DNA from: a virus
Taxonomy: Duplodnaviria; Caudoviricetes
IMG/VR virus record: IMGVR_UViG_3300033518_000364
Span: 1 to 24,667 of that record
Length of the DNA stretch: 24,667 nt
Strand: one strand, 5' to 3'
Shown here: positions 7,601 to 14,103 of the stretch, in pieces
How the letters are laid out: each line of letters starts with the position of its first letter
How positions within the stretch are numbered: the first letter of the stretch is position 1
Position numbers and translations under genes: made by a program
The notes under the pieces: model-generated
Seen by the model: the letters and a program-made list of their open reading frames with translations, nothing else
Database searches by the model: none
Told to the model about the DNA's origin: nothing

Positions 7601-9771
7601 CCGAGTTTTACTGGGTCAATGAAGGAAAGAGCAAAGACAGAGGCGGCCAAAACACCAAGAGCAACAGCAATTTTAATGATGATATCGGCTTTAACTGACG
7701 CTTGCATTGTCTTTAAGTTGCTTGTTAGCTGATCAAACGTTCCGGACATTGATTTAAACAGATCGCCCTGTCCAAAGTCAAAGAAGTGAAATATTTTGAG
7801 TCCGTCTTTAACAAATTTTGCCAACAAAGCTAACGCGCCACCAAATAAACCAACTTTTAACGCTTTTAGGATGTTATCAAACGTTTGTTGATCCGCTCCA
7901 GAACCAATCGCTTTAAAGAAGTTTGTAAATGCCGAAGTTGCTTTACCAAAGAACTCTATAACCTTTTTTACACTTGGTATGATCATGTCAAACATACTAG
8001 CTGTTTTTTTTACAGATTTTTCTGTTTTTGTTGGCGAAGTTCCGGCTGCTTTTTCAGAACCGGTGAAGAAACCAATGATGGCGTTTTTAAGTCCTGTTAC
8101 TGCCTTAACGGCTCCAGAGAACACGCCAGTAATATTACCAATTTTGAACGACGAAAACAAACTTTCAAACGCGTTTGTAGCGAAAGAAAGATCTAGGTTA
8201 CCAAAGAAATTGAAGATCGCACCAAAGAAACTAGCAATTACACCGCCAGCTTTTTCAATCATGTTGATGATCGACGTAAACGCCTTTTCGATTCCGCCTT
8301 CTTTAACGAGAACCCGCTGAAGATTGATAAGCGCTAATCCGACTTTACCAAAGATGGTTAAAATTCCACCACCAGAAGCTTTTCCGAACAAACCGAACAA
8401 AGTTGAGAAGACTTTGAAGATTCCTTTTACGATAGCGATACCGATTGAGAAAACAGCAAAGACGCCTTTGAAAACACGCTTAATGTTTAGTAGCGTACCT
8501 TCCCCCATTTTGAGCTTTTCTGTAAACTCTCTGAATCGAACAGAAAGTTCATAAAGATCTTGTCCTGTTTTCTTTGGAAAGATCTCTCTGAAGGCTTTAG
8601 AGATGGCTCCAGCAACATTAGTGAAAACCTCAAAGAGATTTTTAAATCCTTGTATAACTTCGTCGCGACCACCGAGCGCTTTCCACTCGCCGAGCATCTT
8701 GTTTCGTGCATCGGCTGATGCGCCAATCATTCCACCAATGGTGTTGTTGATTCCAGTGAACAAAGCTTTAGCTTCGTCAAAGTCACCAACAATTAGTTCT
8801 GCACTGGCGGCCCATCCGGACTGGACGGACTCCTTCATGGTGCCAACCATCTGGGTGAAGGTCTTGACGTCCTGTGCGGCGGCGGTTGCTCTTGCTCCGA
8901 TATCGGTCGTTGCGTCTGAGTATCGACCAAGCGTTGTGGTTAAGGCGTCAGCGGTTAACCACTGTTCGTTTAAGCTCTCGTTGAATCCCTTTGTAGCCGT
9001 AACGGGCGTTCCAGCAAGTGTGGTGTAAAGACCGTCGGCACCTTTGGTTAATGTTCCTGCGGCAACGGCACTTTCCATAAGCTCGGTCTTAAACTCAACA
9101 GTTGCCATGTTTGCAAGTTCAATGGACTTCCAGTCCATAAGCTTTACGCTACCACCAGAAATTGACTGGCCAAAGTTATACATTGCTCGAGAAGCTTCTT
9201 CAGCGTTTGCGCCAGAAAGAGCTGCTACGTTAGCAATACCTTGGATTGCAGAAACAGAGTCTTCAAGGTTAACGCCCGCGTTTGTGAACTTACCAATGTT
9301 GCTCGTCATGTCGGCAAACGAATAAATGGTCTTGTCTGAGTACGTGTTTAACTCGTTAAGTTTAGCGTTAACTTCTTCAAGGCTTGATCCAGTACCAGCC
9401 ATAATCGTCTGACTAGAACCCATCTTAAGTTCATACTCAGAAAAACCAGTAGCAATTGGTGTTACAGTAAACGCGCTAGCCACGCTGGCACCAGCAGACA
9501 AAGCTCTAGACGTAATGTCCTGTAGGACGGTAAACGCAACTGCGCCCATAGCAGAGAATTTGCCACTAATGTTCTCAACCGAACTAGCAAGAGCCGACAT
9601 ATCGACTTTACCAGCATTTGCGGTAATATCCGCAAAACCATTCTTGGAAGAAGAGAAACTAAGCGCATTCTTCAACTTGTCTAAAGTTGATAAAGTAGTT
9701 CCGACACCTTTTTCGAACGCGCTGTTATCAAACGTCATTGATACTGCGCGATTTTCTACACTGCTAGCCAT
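4624..9771 (-). CDS. Tape measure protein (1715 aa)
   Basis: Longest ORF, Ala/Gly-rich helical, N-terminal tape-measure domain (ELNTYSDKTIYSFADMT), hydrophobic middle, Trp-periodic repeats. Confidence 0.96.
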   Translation of the reverse strand: MASSVENRAVSMTFDNSAFEKGVGTTLSTLDKLKNALSFSSSKNGFADITANAGKVDMSALASSVENISGKFSAMGAVAFTVLQDITSRALSAGASVASAFTVTPIATGFSEYELKMGSSQTIMAGTGSSLEEVNAKLNELNTYSDKTIYSFADMTSNIGKFTNAGVNLEDSVSAIQGIANVAALSGANAEEASRAMYNFGQSISGGSVKLMDWKSIELANMATVEFKTELMESAVAAGTLTKGADGLYTTLAGTPVTATKGFNESLNEQWLTADALTTTLGRYSDATTDIGARATAAAQDVKTFTQMVGTMKESVQSGWAASAELIVGDFDEAKALFTGINNTIGGMIGASADARNKMLGEWKALGGRDEVIQGFKNLFEVFTNVAGAISKAFREIFPKKTGQDLYELSVRFREFTEKLKMGEGTLLNIKRVFKGVFAVFSIGIAIVKGIFKVFSTLFGLFGKASGGGILTIFGKVGLALINLQRVLVKEGGIEKAFTSIINMIEKAGGVIASFFGAIFNFFGNLDLSFATNAFESLFSSFKIGNITGVFSGAVKAVTGLKNAIIGFFTGSEKAAGTSPTKTEKSVKKTASMFDMIIPSVKKVIEFFGKATSAFTNFFKAIGSGADQQTFDNILKALKVGLFGGALALLAKFVKDGLKIFHFFDFGQGDLFKSMSGTFDQLTSNLKTMQASVKADIIIKIAVALGVLAASVFALSFIDPVKLGIAMAAIVAGLGALVGVMAIMGKIANDADSAMKLAALGLVIVLISGAVVVLALALKLLDGMNWQETTAGMVGLTGLLLGMTASLGELTKDTNGIVKAAAGLVVVAGALVVLAFALKIMSTMGWEETGVGIATIAAALIVLFATLREMPEGYEMLKMGMGLGVIALSLSLLSTSIWLFDKLDTATFANGLAKIAIVLGVMAQAINLFPKESEILKISFAMGVLAAGMLGMAAAIYMMSKLSVSELAKGVGGIVAAMIALRIATAGEKADIGSGLALTLVAMGIGKLVDAIKQMGKMPLGVMIQGLVAIGLALGALAIGMHLIKPLIPYITAFGFALLMIGGAIGIAAAGIGILLTGLSKLINVMQSGAGKMTETFGAIIEMIPGMVSGLIVGIIDGVLSMRTAIFEGVSKLVLMLLDFLIELMPKLGTVILEFVQVIVKVVREAAPDLIAAGWFIITTWLQGIRDNVGEVVSLVGEIIVNFLRAFTEQVPAMVDALVDLIVEVFRSVARAVGRLAGGLFIDVGIQLLKGLWEGIKSSFKLISDVVWDLIMGVIDWFKSGFGIFSPSRVMLDLGINLIKGLINGIVWMAETLFKWFIALPGLILGFIGDVLSFLWQTGSDLIGGLLSGIGEAAVGLFDWFIGLPGQILGLYADVLSWLWNTGSDIIGGLLEGIGKKSLEIMDWFIGLPGQILGWIGDVVSTLWQKGTDFIGGLFSGIGEKALDVMNWFIGLPGEILGWLGETLTKLRDRGIDLIKGLLNGIREKMVDVTNFFIGLPGKIWDLVSGALGWLKNTGSKIMQGLWDGLMEVWENIKNWVMDKVDWIKEQWDKATSWIPGGGLDTTRLVEDAVAAKNAAEEESKPSTAPIRTNSFQPSGRGESAVSGALTQAYNSIESMNEFTPVITPVLDLSNVERDAGSIAGFFPETGLDAGFIQAANISTETTATPDTQTQSTTPVTTEIRFEQTINSPTALSTNDIYRSTRSQFALAKEELKIA
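5167..5826 (-). repeat. Five degenerate 132-bp (44-aa) repeats within the tape measure gene
   Basis: WFIALPG / WFIGLPG x3 / FFIGLPG recur at exact 44-residue spacing. Confidence 0.9.
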
Positions 9772-10141
9772 TGGTCACCTTCTTCCATATGTTTGCTGTT
9801 ATGTTTTCAAACACCGGTCTCATTGCCGGATTTATGTAATCTTTGCTTTGAATATAACCGCCGTTACCAGTTGCGTGTCCATATTGAATAAGAATAGCTA
9901 TGTTTTCGCCATTATTTACGTTGGTGTTAAACCATTCAATAACTACTTTTCCTGGTTTTTCGATTATTCTATAATCCCAGGATTTCGCAGTTTTTCCACT
10001 ATCTTTTGGTGTCGATTGAGCCAAAGCGTTGACGCCCATTCGACCATAGTTTTGTAAATCGGAGAATAGACTTTTCGTTGACATTTGTTTCAAATATGAT
10101 TCGGTTTTATCGAATGAACCAGTTGATTTTACGTCAATCAT
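9764..10141 (-). CDS. HK97 gp10-like neck / tail-completion protein
   Basis: TPKDSGKTA.SW.Y and IQYGHATGNGGY motifs; directly upstream of tape measure; start ATG 10141 (GTG 10150 alternative). Confidence 0.75.
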   Translation of the reverse strand: MIDVKSTGSFDKTESYLKQMSTKSLFSDLQNYGRMGVNALAQSTPKDSGKTAKSWDYRIIEKPGKVVIEWFNTNVNNGENIAILIQYGHATGNGGYIQSKDYINPAMRPVFENITANIWKKVTNG

Positions 10142-10160
10142 GTCTTCCACCCTTTTTGGT

Positions 10161-11138
10161 TTAACTTTGTGTTATGATAATTACAATACCAGAACCACCA
10201 GCTCCACCTGCACCGGAGTTCCCGCCATTAAGTCTGGATCCTCCACCGCCACCTCCACCGCCATAACTTCCACCTGCACCACCAAAACCAGCAAAGCCGG
10301 TTGATGACCCACCTCCGCCACCACCTCCGCCTCCGGTTAATGCGCTTGACGCTGGTGTTGAATCACCGCCAACGCCATTCCATGAACCAAAGACAGACGG
10401 CCCCCCATTAGCAGAACCAGTGTTTCCGCCAGCGCCAGAATCTCTTCCTACGCCGAGTGAAGTGCTGTACCCTCCGCCTGCGCCACCGCCACCACCGAAC
10501 AACAACAAACCATTTATTCCGTCAGATCCAATTTCACCAGAAACGCATCCGCCTCCACCACCAGGAAATCCGTTTATATTTACCCCGCTGTTCCCACCAT
10601 TTGATTGAGAAATTTTTCCGCCAGAACCACCAGAACCACCTCTAGCAATAACTTTTGATCCTATTGAGGAGTTTGAGGAGTTTGTTCCGGAATTTCCGTT
10701 TGTGTTGTCCAATGTGACAGCAGCTCCGGGAACTCCTGGTGTACCAACAGTAATTGTTTCTGTGGTTGAAAAAACAGATGCTGGAAAAGAAAAGGTAATG
10801 GCTTCTCCGCCTCCGCCTCCTGCACCCCCAGACATATTTGTTCCGGACGCCAACCTAGCGCCAGAACCACCAGGTCCACCAGGAGCCACAACTACGCCGT
10901 AAACACTAACGGCGCCTATCGGTTTTGACCATGTACCGGAGGTCGTAAAAACTTGAACGTCTGGTGCGGAACCAGATGGTCCAGTTGGACCAATAACGTT
11001 ACCGGCATTAATTTCCGGGCCGTCCCACCTTAGTAAAAGTAGATCGCCATCTTCGTTAACAAAACCATTAACAACGGTTTGAGCTAACATTTCTTGTGTT
11101 TTTGCGGCAGTCAAAGCGGTTACTGTATGTAAGGGCAT
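10161..11138 (-). CDS. Glycine-rich minor tail / fibre protein
   Basis: N-terminal attachment segment, short GPTGPSG linker, VQVFTTSGTW.KP...GGGGG...GIVIII glycine-rich domain. Confidence 0.8.
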   Translation of the reverse strand: MPLHTVTALTAAKTQEMLAQTVVNGFVNEDGDLLLLRWDGPEINAGNVIGPTGPSGSAPDVQVFTTSGTWSKPIGAVSVYGVVVAPGGPGGSGARLASGTNMSGGAGGGGGEAITFSFPASVFSTTETITVGTPGVPGAAVTLDNTNGNSGTNSSNSSIGSKVIARGGSGGSGGKISQSNGGNSGVNINGFPGGGGGCVSGEIGSDGINGLLLFGGGGGAGGGYSTSLGVGRDSGAGGNTGSANGGPSVFGSWNGVGGDSTPASSALTGGGGGGGGGSSTGFAGFGGAGGSYGGGGGGGGSRLNGGNSGAGGAGGSGIVIIITQS

Positions 11139-11156
11139 GTCAAACCATCCTTTGTT

Positions 11157-11951
11157 TTATAGCATATCTGTTGTTGTGGACGATATTGTATATCCACCAC
11201 CTAATGTTTCCGAAAACAAATTGGCGTTATGTATCGTTATAATCCCGAACTCGTCCGTGGAAATTAAATCTTGTGTTGCAATTGCGGACCATGTTCCATC
11301 TTCATTATCAATAATTTCGATTAAAAGCTTTGATGATTCTAATAAACCCGAAAAACTAGGAAGAGATGCTTCGTTTATTTCATCGCCATATAAAATGTTT
11401 TCTATTCTGGTTAAAATACCAGGATCTATGGTTCTTGAATCAAATATAACATGCGCTGTTGGTCGGATTCCAGGATATTCTTCCGGAATAGCACTTAAAG
11501 TCCACTCAAACTCAACCAAAGATAGGTTGTTTGAGTGCGTTTCGTGAACCACGTTTGAAGGTGTGGCCGTTAAATTATATATAACATGTAGTTTATACCC
11601 GGCAGAGTTACCAACTTCATCATTGCCAATATGTGTTCTGTACGAAAGCCCAAATTGCTTACTCTTTTGATCTCCAACAAAAACGCCTGGCGCCAAATTT
11701 CCAAAACCATCATACTCAAGAAATTCGTCGGGGTAGGTAAAAGCTTTTAGTGTTCCTGAAAAATTGGACGGTCGAATAATGTCTCCCACTTTTTGTCCGT
11801 CGTAAAATAATTCAGATTTGTTTTTGTTAAATATTTCTGTCACGGAAACTAAACCGTTCCAAGGAACACCTACTCCGTCAGACAAATAAAGAACTCCGCG
11901 GTCCAAACCGTTTTCGTATTTTCTATCACCAACTTGATCCCAAACAATCAT
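11157..11951 (-). CDS. Second major-tail-like protein (paralogue)
   Basis: Aligns by eye with 12584..13453 (WDQ.G.R.YE.G.D.GVLY, WNGL..VTE, A.TYP.EF, FGLSYRT..GND, GYKLH.IY...ATPS). Confidence 0.85.
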   Translation of the reverse strand: MIVWDQVGDRKYENGLDRGVLYLSDGVGVPWNGLVSVTEIFNKNKSELFYDGQKVGDIIRPSNFSGTLKAFTYPDEFLEYDGFGNLAPGVFVGDQKSKQFGLSYRTHIGNDEVGNSAGYKLHVIYNLTATPSNVVHETHSNNLSLVEFEWTLSAIPEEYPGIRPTAHVIFDSRTIDPGILTRIENILYGDEINEASLPSFSGLLESSKLLIEIIDNEDGTWSAIATQDLISTDEFGIITIHNANLFSETLGGGYTISSTTTDML

Positions 11952-11962
11952 TTGACCTCCTT

Positions 11963-12502
11963 TTACCCACTAGTATTTAGTTTGTTTTTTCGTTCTTCAT
12001 TAAGCGCTCTGTTGCGAGCAGCCAATTCGCTTCTAGAAACTTTTTCTGGTTTAGAATTCTTCATATTGAAAACTCTAATCAAAGCAAACAATCTGTTAAG
12101 ATGCCAATTTTCACATTCTTTTGGTATCTTAAATGAAAACATCCAAAAGTAAATTAACTCGGCTGTTATGGTTTCTGTTCTACCTGGTTTTTTAGAACCT
12201 ATTTCGCTAAAAAACATGGCTGTTTGTTTGGATTCTATATAATTAGTTACCTTAATTAAGTCGTCTTGAGTCATCTTATTTAAGTAAACGGCGTCTTCTT
12301 CGTTAACTAACATGTATTTAACATAATTTAAAATCTGTTCTTCGGTTTTAGACTGTAAACCAAGAAACGGAATTTCGAATTCTGACTCCCATTTTGACAA
12401 AGACAAAAGAGAATGCTCAAACTTAATTGTGACTGGATCCATTAAACAGAATTTTTGTTTATCATCATCAAAGAATTCAGTACCTAATGTAATTTTCAGC
12501 AT
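11963..12502 (-). CDS. Tail assembly chaperone-like protein
   Basis: Follows major tail gene; EHSL.SLSKWES, ITAELIY.WM and ECENWHLNRL..LIRV motifs. Confidence 0.7.
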   Translation of the reverse strand: MLKITLGTEFFDDDKQKFCLMDPVTIKFEHSLLSLSKWESEFEIPFLGLQSKTEEQILNYVKYMLVNEEDAVYLNKMTQDDLIKVTNYIESKQTAMFFSEIGSKKPGRTETITAELIYFWMFSFKIPKECENWHLNRLFALIRVFNMKNSKPEKVSRSELAARNRALNEERKNKLNTSG

Positions 12503-12525
12503 TCTTTTTTCTCCAAAAGAAACTT

Positions 12526-12570
12526 AACAAAGGAAGGACCAAAGAAACCGTTAAGTTTCTTTGGTCCTTC
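12526..12570 (-). terminator. Hairpin (terminator or attenuator) after the major tail gene
   Basis: Perfect 16-bp stem (12533-12548 / 12555-12570), 6-nt loop, weak CUUUGUU tail. Confidence 0.75.
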
Positions 12571-12583
12571 ACTATGTTTTGAG

Positions 12584-13453
12584 TTACGGGGTGTAGGGGT
12601 AGTACCAATCAGTGTCGATAACCGCCGGGAAGTAGTAACCAGTGTTAGCGGTTGCCGTAACAATGGTGTTCTCAGTAATGACAACAGCACCAGCAAGCTT
12701 AGCAACGCCGTCAATGCGGTAAGTGACCCCAGTCGTGGTCGGAATTGTAACGGTGTTAGTAACAGCATTGAATGCGGGTTCAACGGGGGTGGCCAAAGTC
12801 AGCGTACCACTAAACAACGCGATAACTGCATCGGGAAGCGGAAGCGACGGGTTGGTACCGGCGGTGCCATAGAGGAACTCTTCGAGAGTTGCCAAAGCAC
12901 CAGCACCAACCTTAGTAGAATCAACCGTCAGCAGCGCCGTCGGTTTAAGACCCGTAACGGGGACCGGCGACGTGGTAAACGACCAACTGAAAGTGATTGC
13001 TTCCGGCGAGTCGTTAATGGTAGCATAAGCCTTTTCCGACGGGGTTGCAAGAGCGCCATAAATAAGATGTAGCTTGTAACCATAGTCATCAGCAAGAACA
13101 TCGTTGCCCAACTTGGTCCGATACGAAAGACCAAAAGTCTTTCTAGTTTGCTGAGCAATCGAAACCCCAATTTCGGGAGTAGCGGTACCATCGCACTGAG
13201 CAAACTCATTGGGATAAGTGTACGCTTCGATAGTGCCTTCAAGTTCCTCAACCGAAAGCAGGTTAAGGTACTTCATGTTGTCTGCATACATAGCAGACGC
13301 TTCTGCGCCGGTGGGCGATTCAGTAACAGCGGTAAGACCGTTCCAAGCATAACCGTTTTCGTAAACACCGCCGACAGGAATGTACAAGACACCCTTATCA
13401 ACGCCGGTTTCGTAAAGACGCTGCCCAGTCTGATCCCATACGAGTTCAGCCAT
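12584..13453 (-). CDS. Major tail (tube) protein with C-terminal Ig-like domain
   Basis: AAGGAG RBS; YADN.KYLNL.S.E..GTIEAYTYP and TINDSPEAITFSW motifs; position after tail terminator. Confidence 0.93.
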   Translation of the reverse strand: MAELVWDQTGQRLYETGVDKGVLYIPVGGVYENGYAWNGLTAVTESPTGAEASAMYADNMKYLNLLSVEELEGTIEAYTYPNEFAQCDGTATPEIGVSIAQQTRKTFGLSYRTKLGNDVLADDYGYKLHLIYGALATPSEKAYATINDSPEAITFSWSFTTSPVPVTGLKPTALLTVDSTKVGAGALATLEEFLYGTAGTNPSLPLPDAVIALFSGTLTLATPVEPAFNAVTNTVTIPTTTGVTYRIDGVAKLAGAVVITENTIVTATANTGYYFPAVIDTDWYYPYTP

Positions 13454-13465
13454 TGTTGTTCTCCT

Positions 13466-13771
13466 TTAAAAGAAAAGATTGTAAACTTGATGTTTTAAAT
13501 TGTCCGCAACAAAAGCCCGTTCAAACGAACAAAGAGGTAAGTTAACCAAACCCCACAAAATATCATTCTCAGGATCTTTTGTGATGTAGGTAACTTGGTA
13601 CCGCTTTAAATGATTGTATGGTCTGTTGTTTGCAAACGTTGAATCCAGGTCATCTAATTTGTAGACGATACAAGGATATGCCATGGTCAGCGAAGGTGGT
13701 GGCTGATGATAAACATTATTATTACCTAGAATTTGAACGAGCAACGCTTGTAGCTCACTCCGTTGGGCCAT
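13466..13771 (-). CDS. Tail terminator / tail completion protein
   Basis: NVYHQPP...M.YPCIVY motif; directly upstream of major tail; GGGAG before ATG 13771. Confidence 0.8.
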   Translation of the reverse strand: MAQRSELQALLVQILGNNNVYHQPPPSLTMAYPCIVYKLDDLDSTFANNRPYNHLKRYQVTYITKDPENDILWGLVNLPLCSFERAFVADNLKHQVYNLFF

Positions 13772-14084
13772 TATACACACTCCCTAAAGTCAGGAGGAGG
13801 CGGGGGGCTTGGACTTCGACGTTAGTCACCTTCCAAGACACCCCCGCCCAATTCACATACCTGATATTAAAAAAATGTTGCATGGCATACGCATCTGCTA
13901 CAATGCTGATGGAATTACTCACGGTAATATCGTCGTTAACTTTCTCGCCATTATCTAACTGGCGAGTGTTTCGGATAATGTCACCGTAATATGATTTTTC
14001 AGTAATTGTATCGATGTGATTACCAGACCCCACGGGTGTTTCTACAGTTCCGCCGTATCCGACAACTCCGTAAAATTTAGCCAT
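13755..14084 (-). CDS. Head-to-tail stopper (head closure protein)
   Basis: First gene after capsid; MAKFYG.VGY, N.ISIVADAYA, IRYV.W.G..WKVT.VEV..PRL.LTLG motifs. Confidence 0.8.
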   Translation of the reverse strand: MAKFYGVVGYGGTVETPVGSGNHIDTITEKSYYGDIIRNTRQLDNGEKVNDDITVSNSISIVADAYAMQHFFNIRYVNWAGVSWKVTNVEVQAPRLLLTLGSVYNGPTE

Positions 14085-14103
14085 GAGATCTTGCCCTTTC
14101 TAC

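Noticed and set aside
5003-10057. Many plus-strand ORFs opposite the tape measure gene
   Set aside because: Antisense shadows of a long gene with biased codon use; no recognisable products
11952-12502. Programmed -1 frameshift in the tail chaperone
   Set aside because: No downstream overlapping T-like ORF; the next gene has its own GGAGG RBS and start
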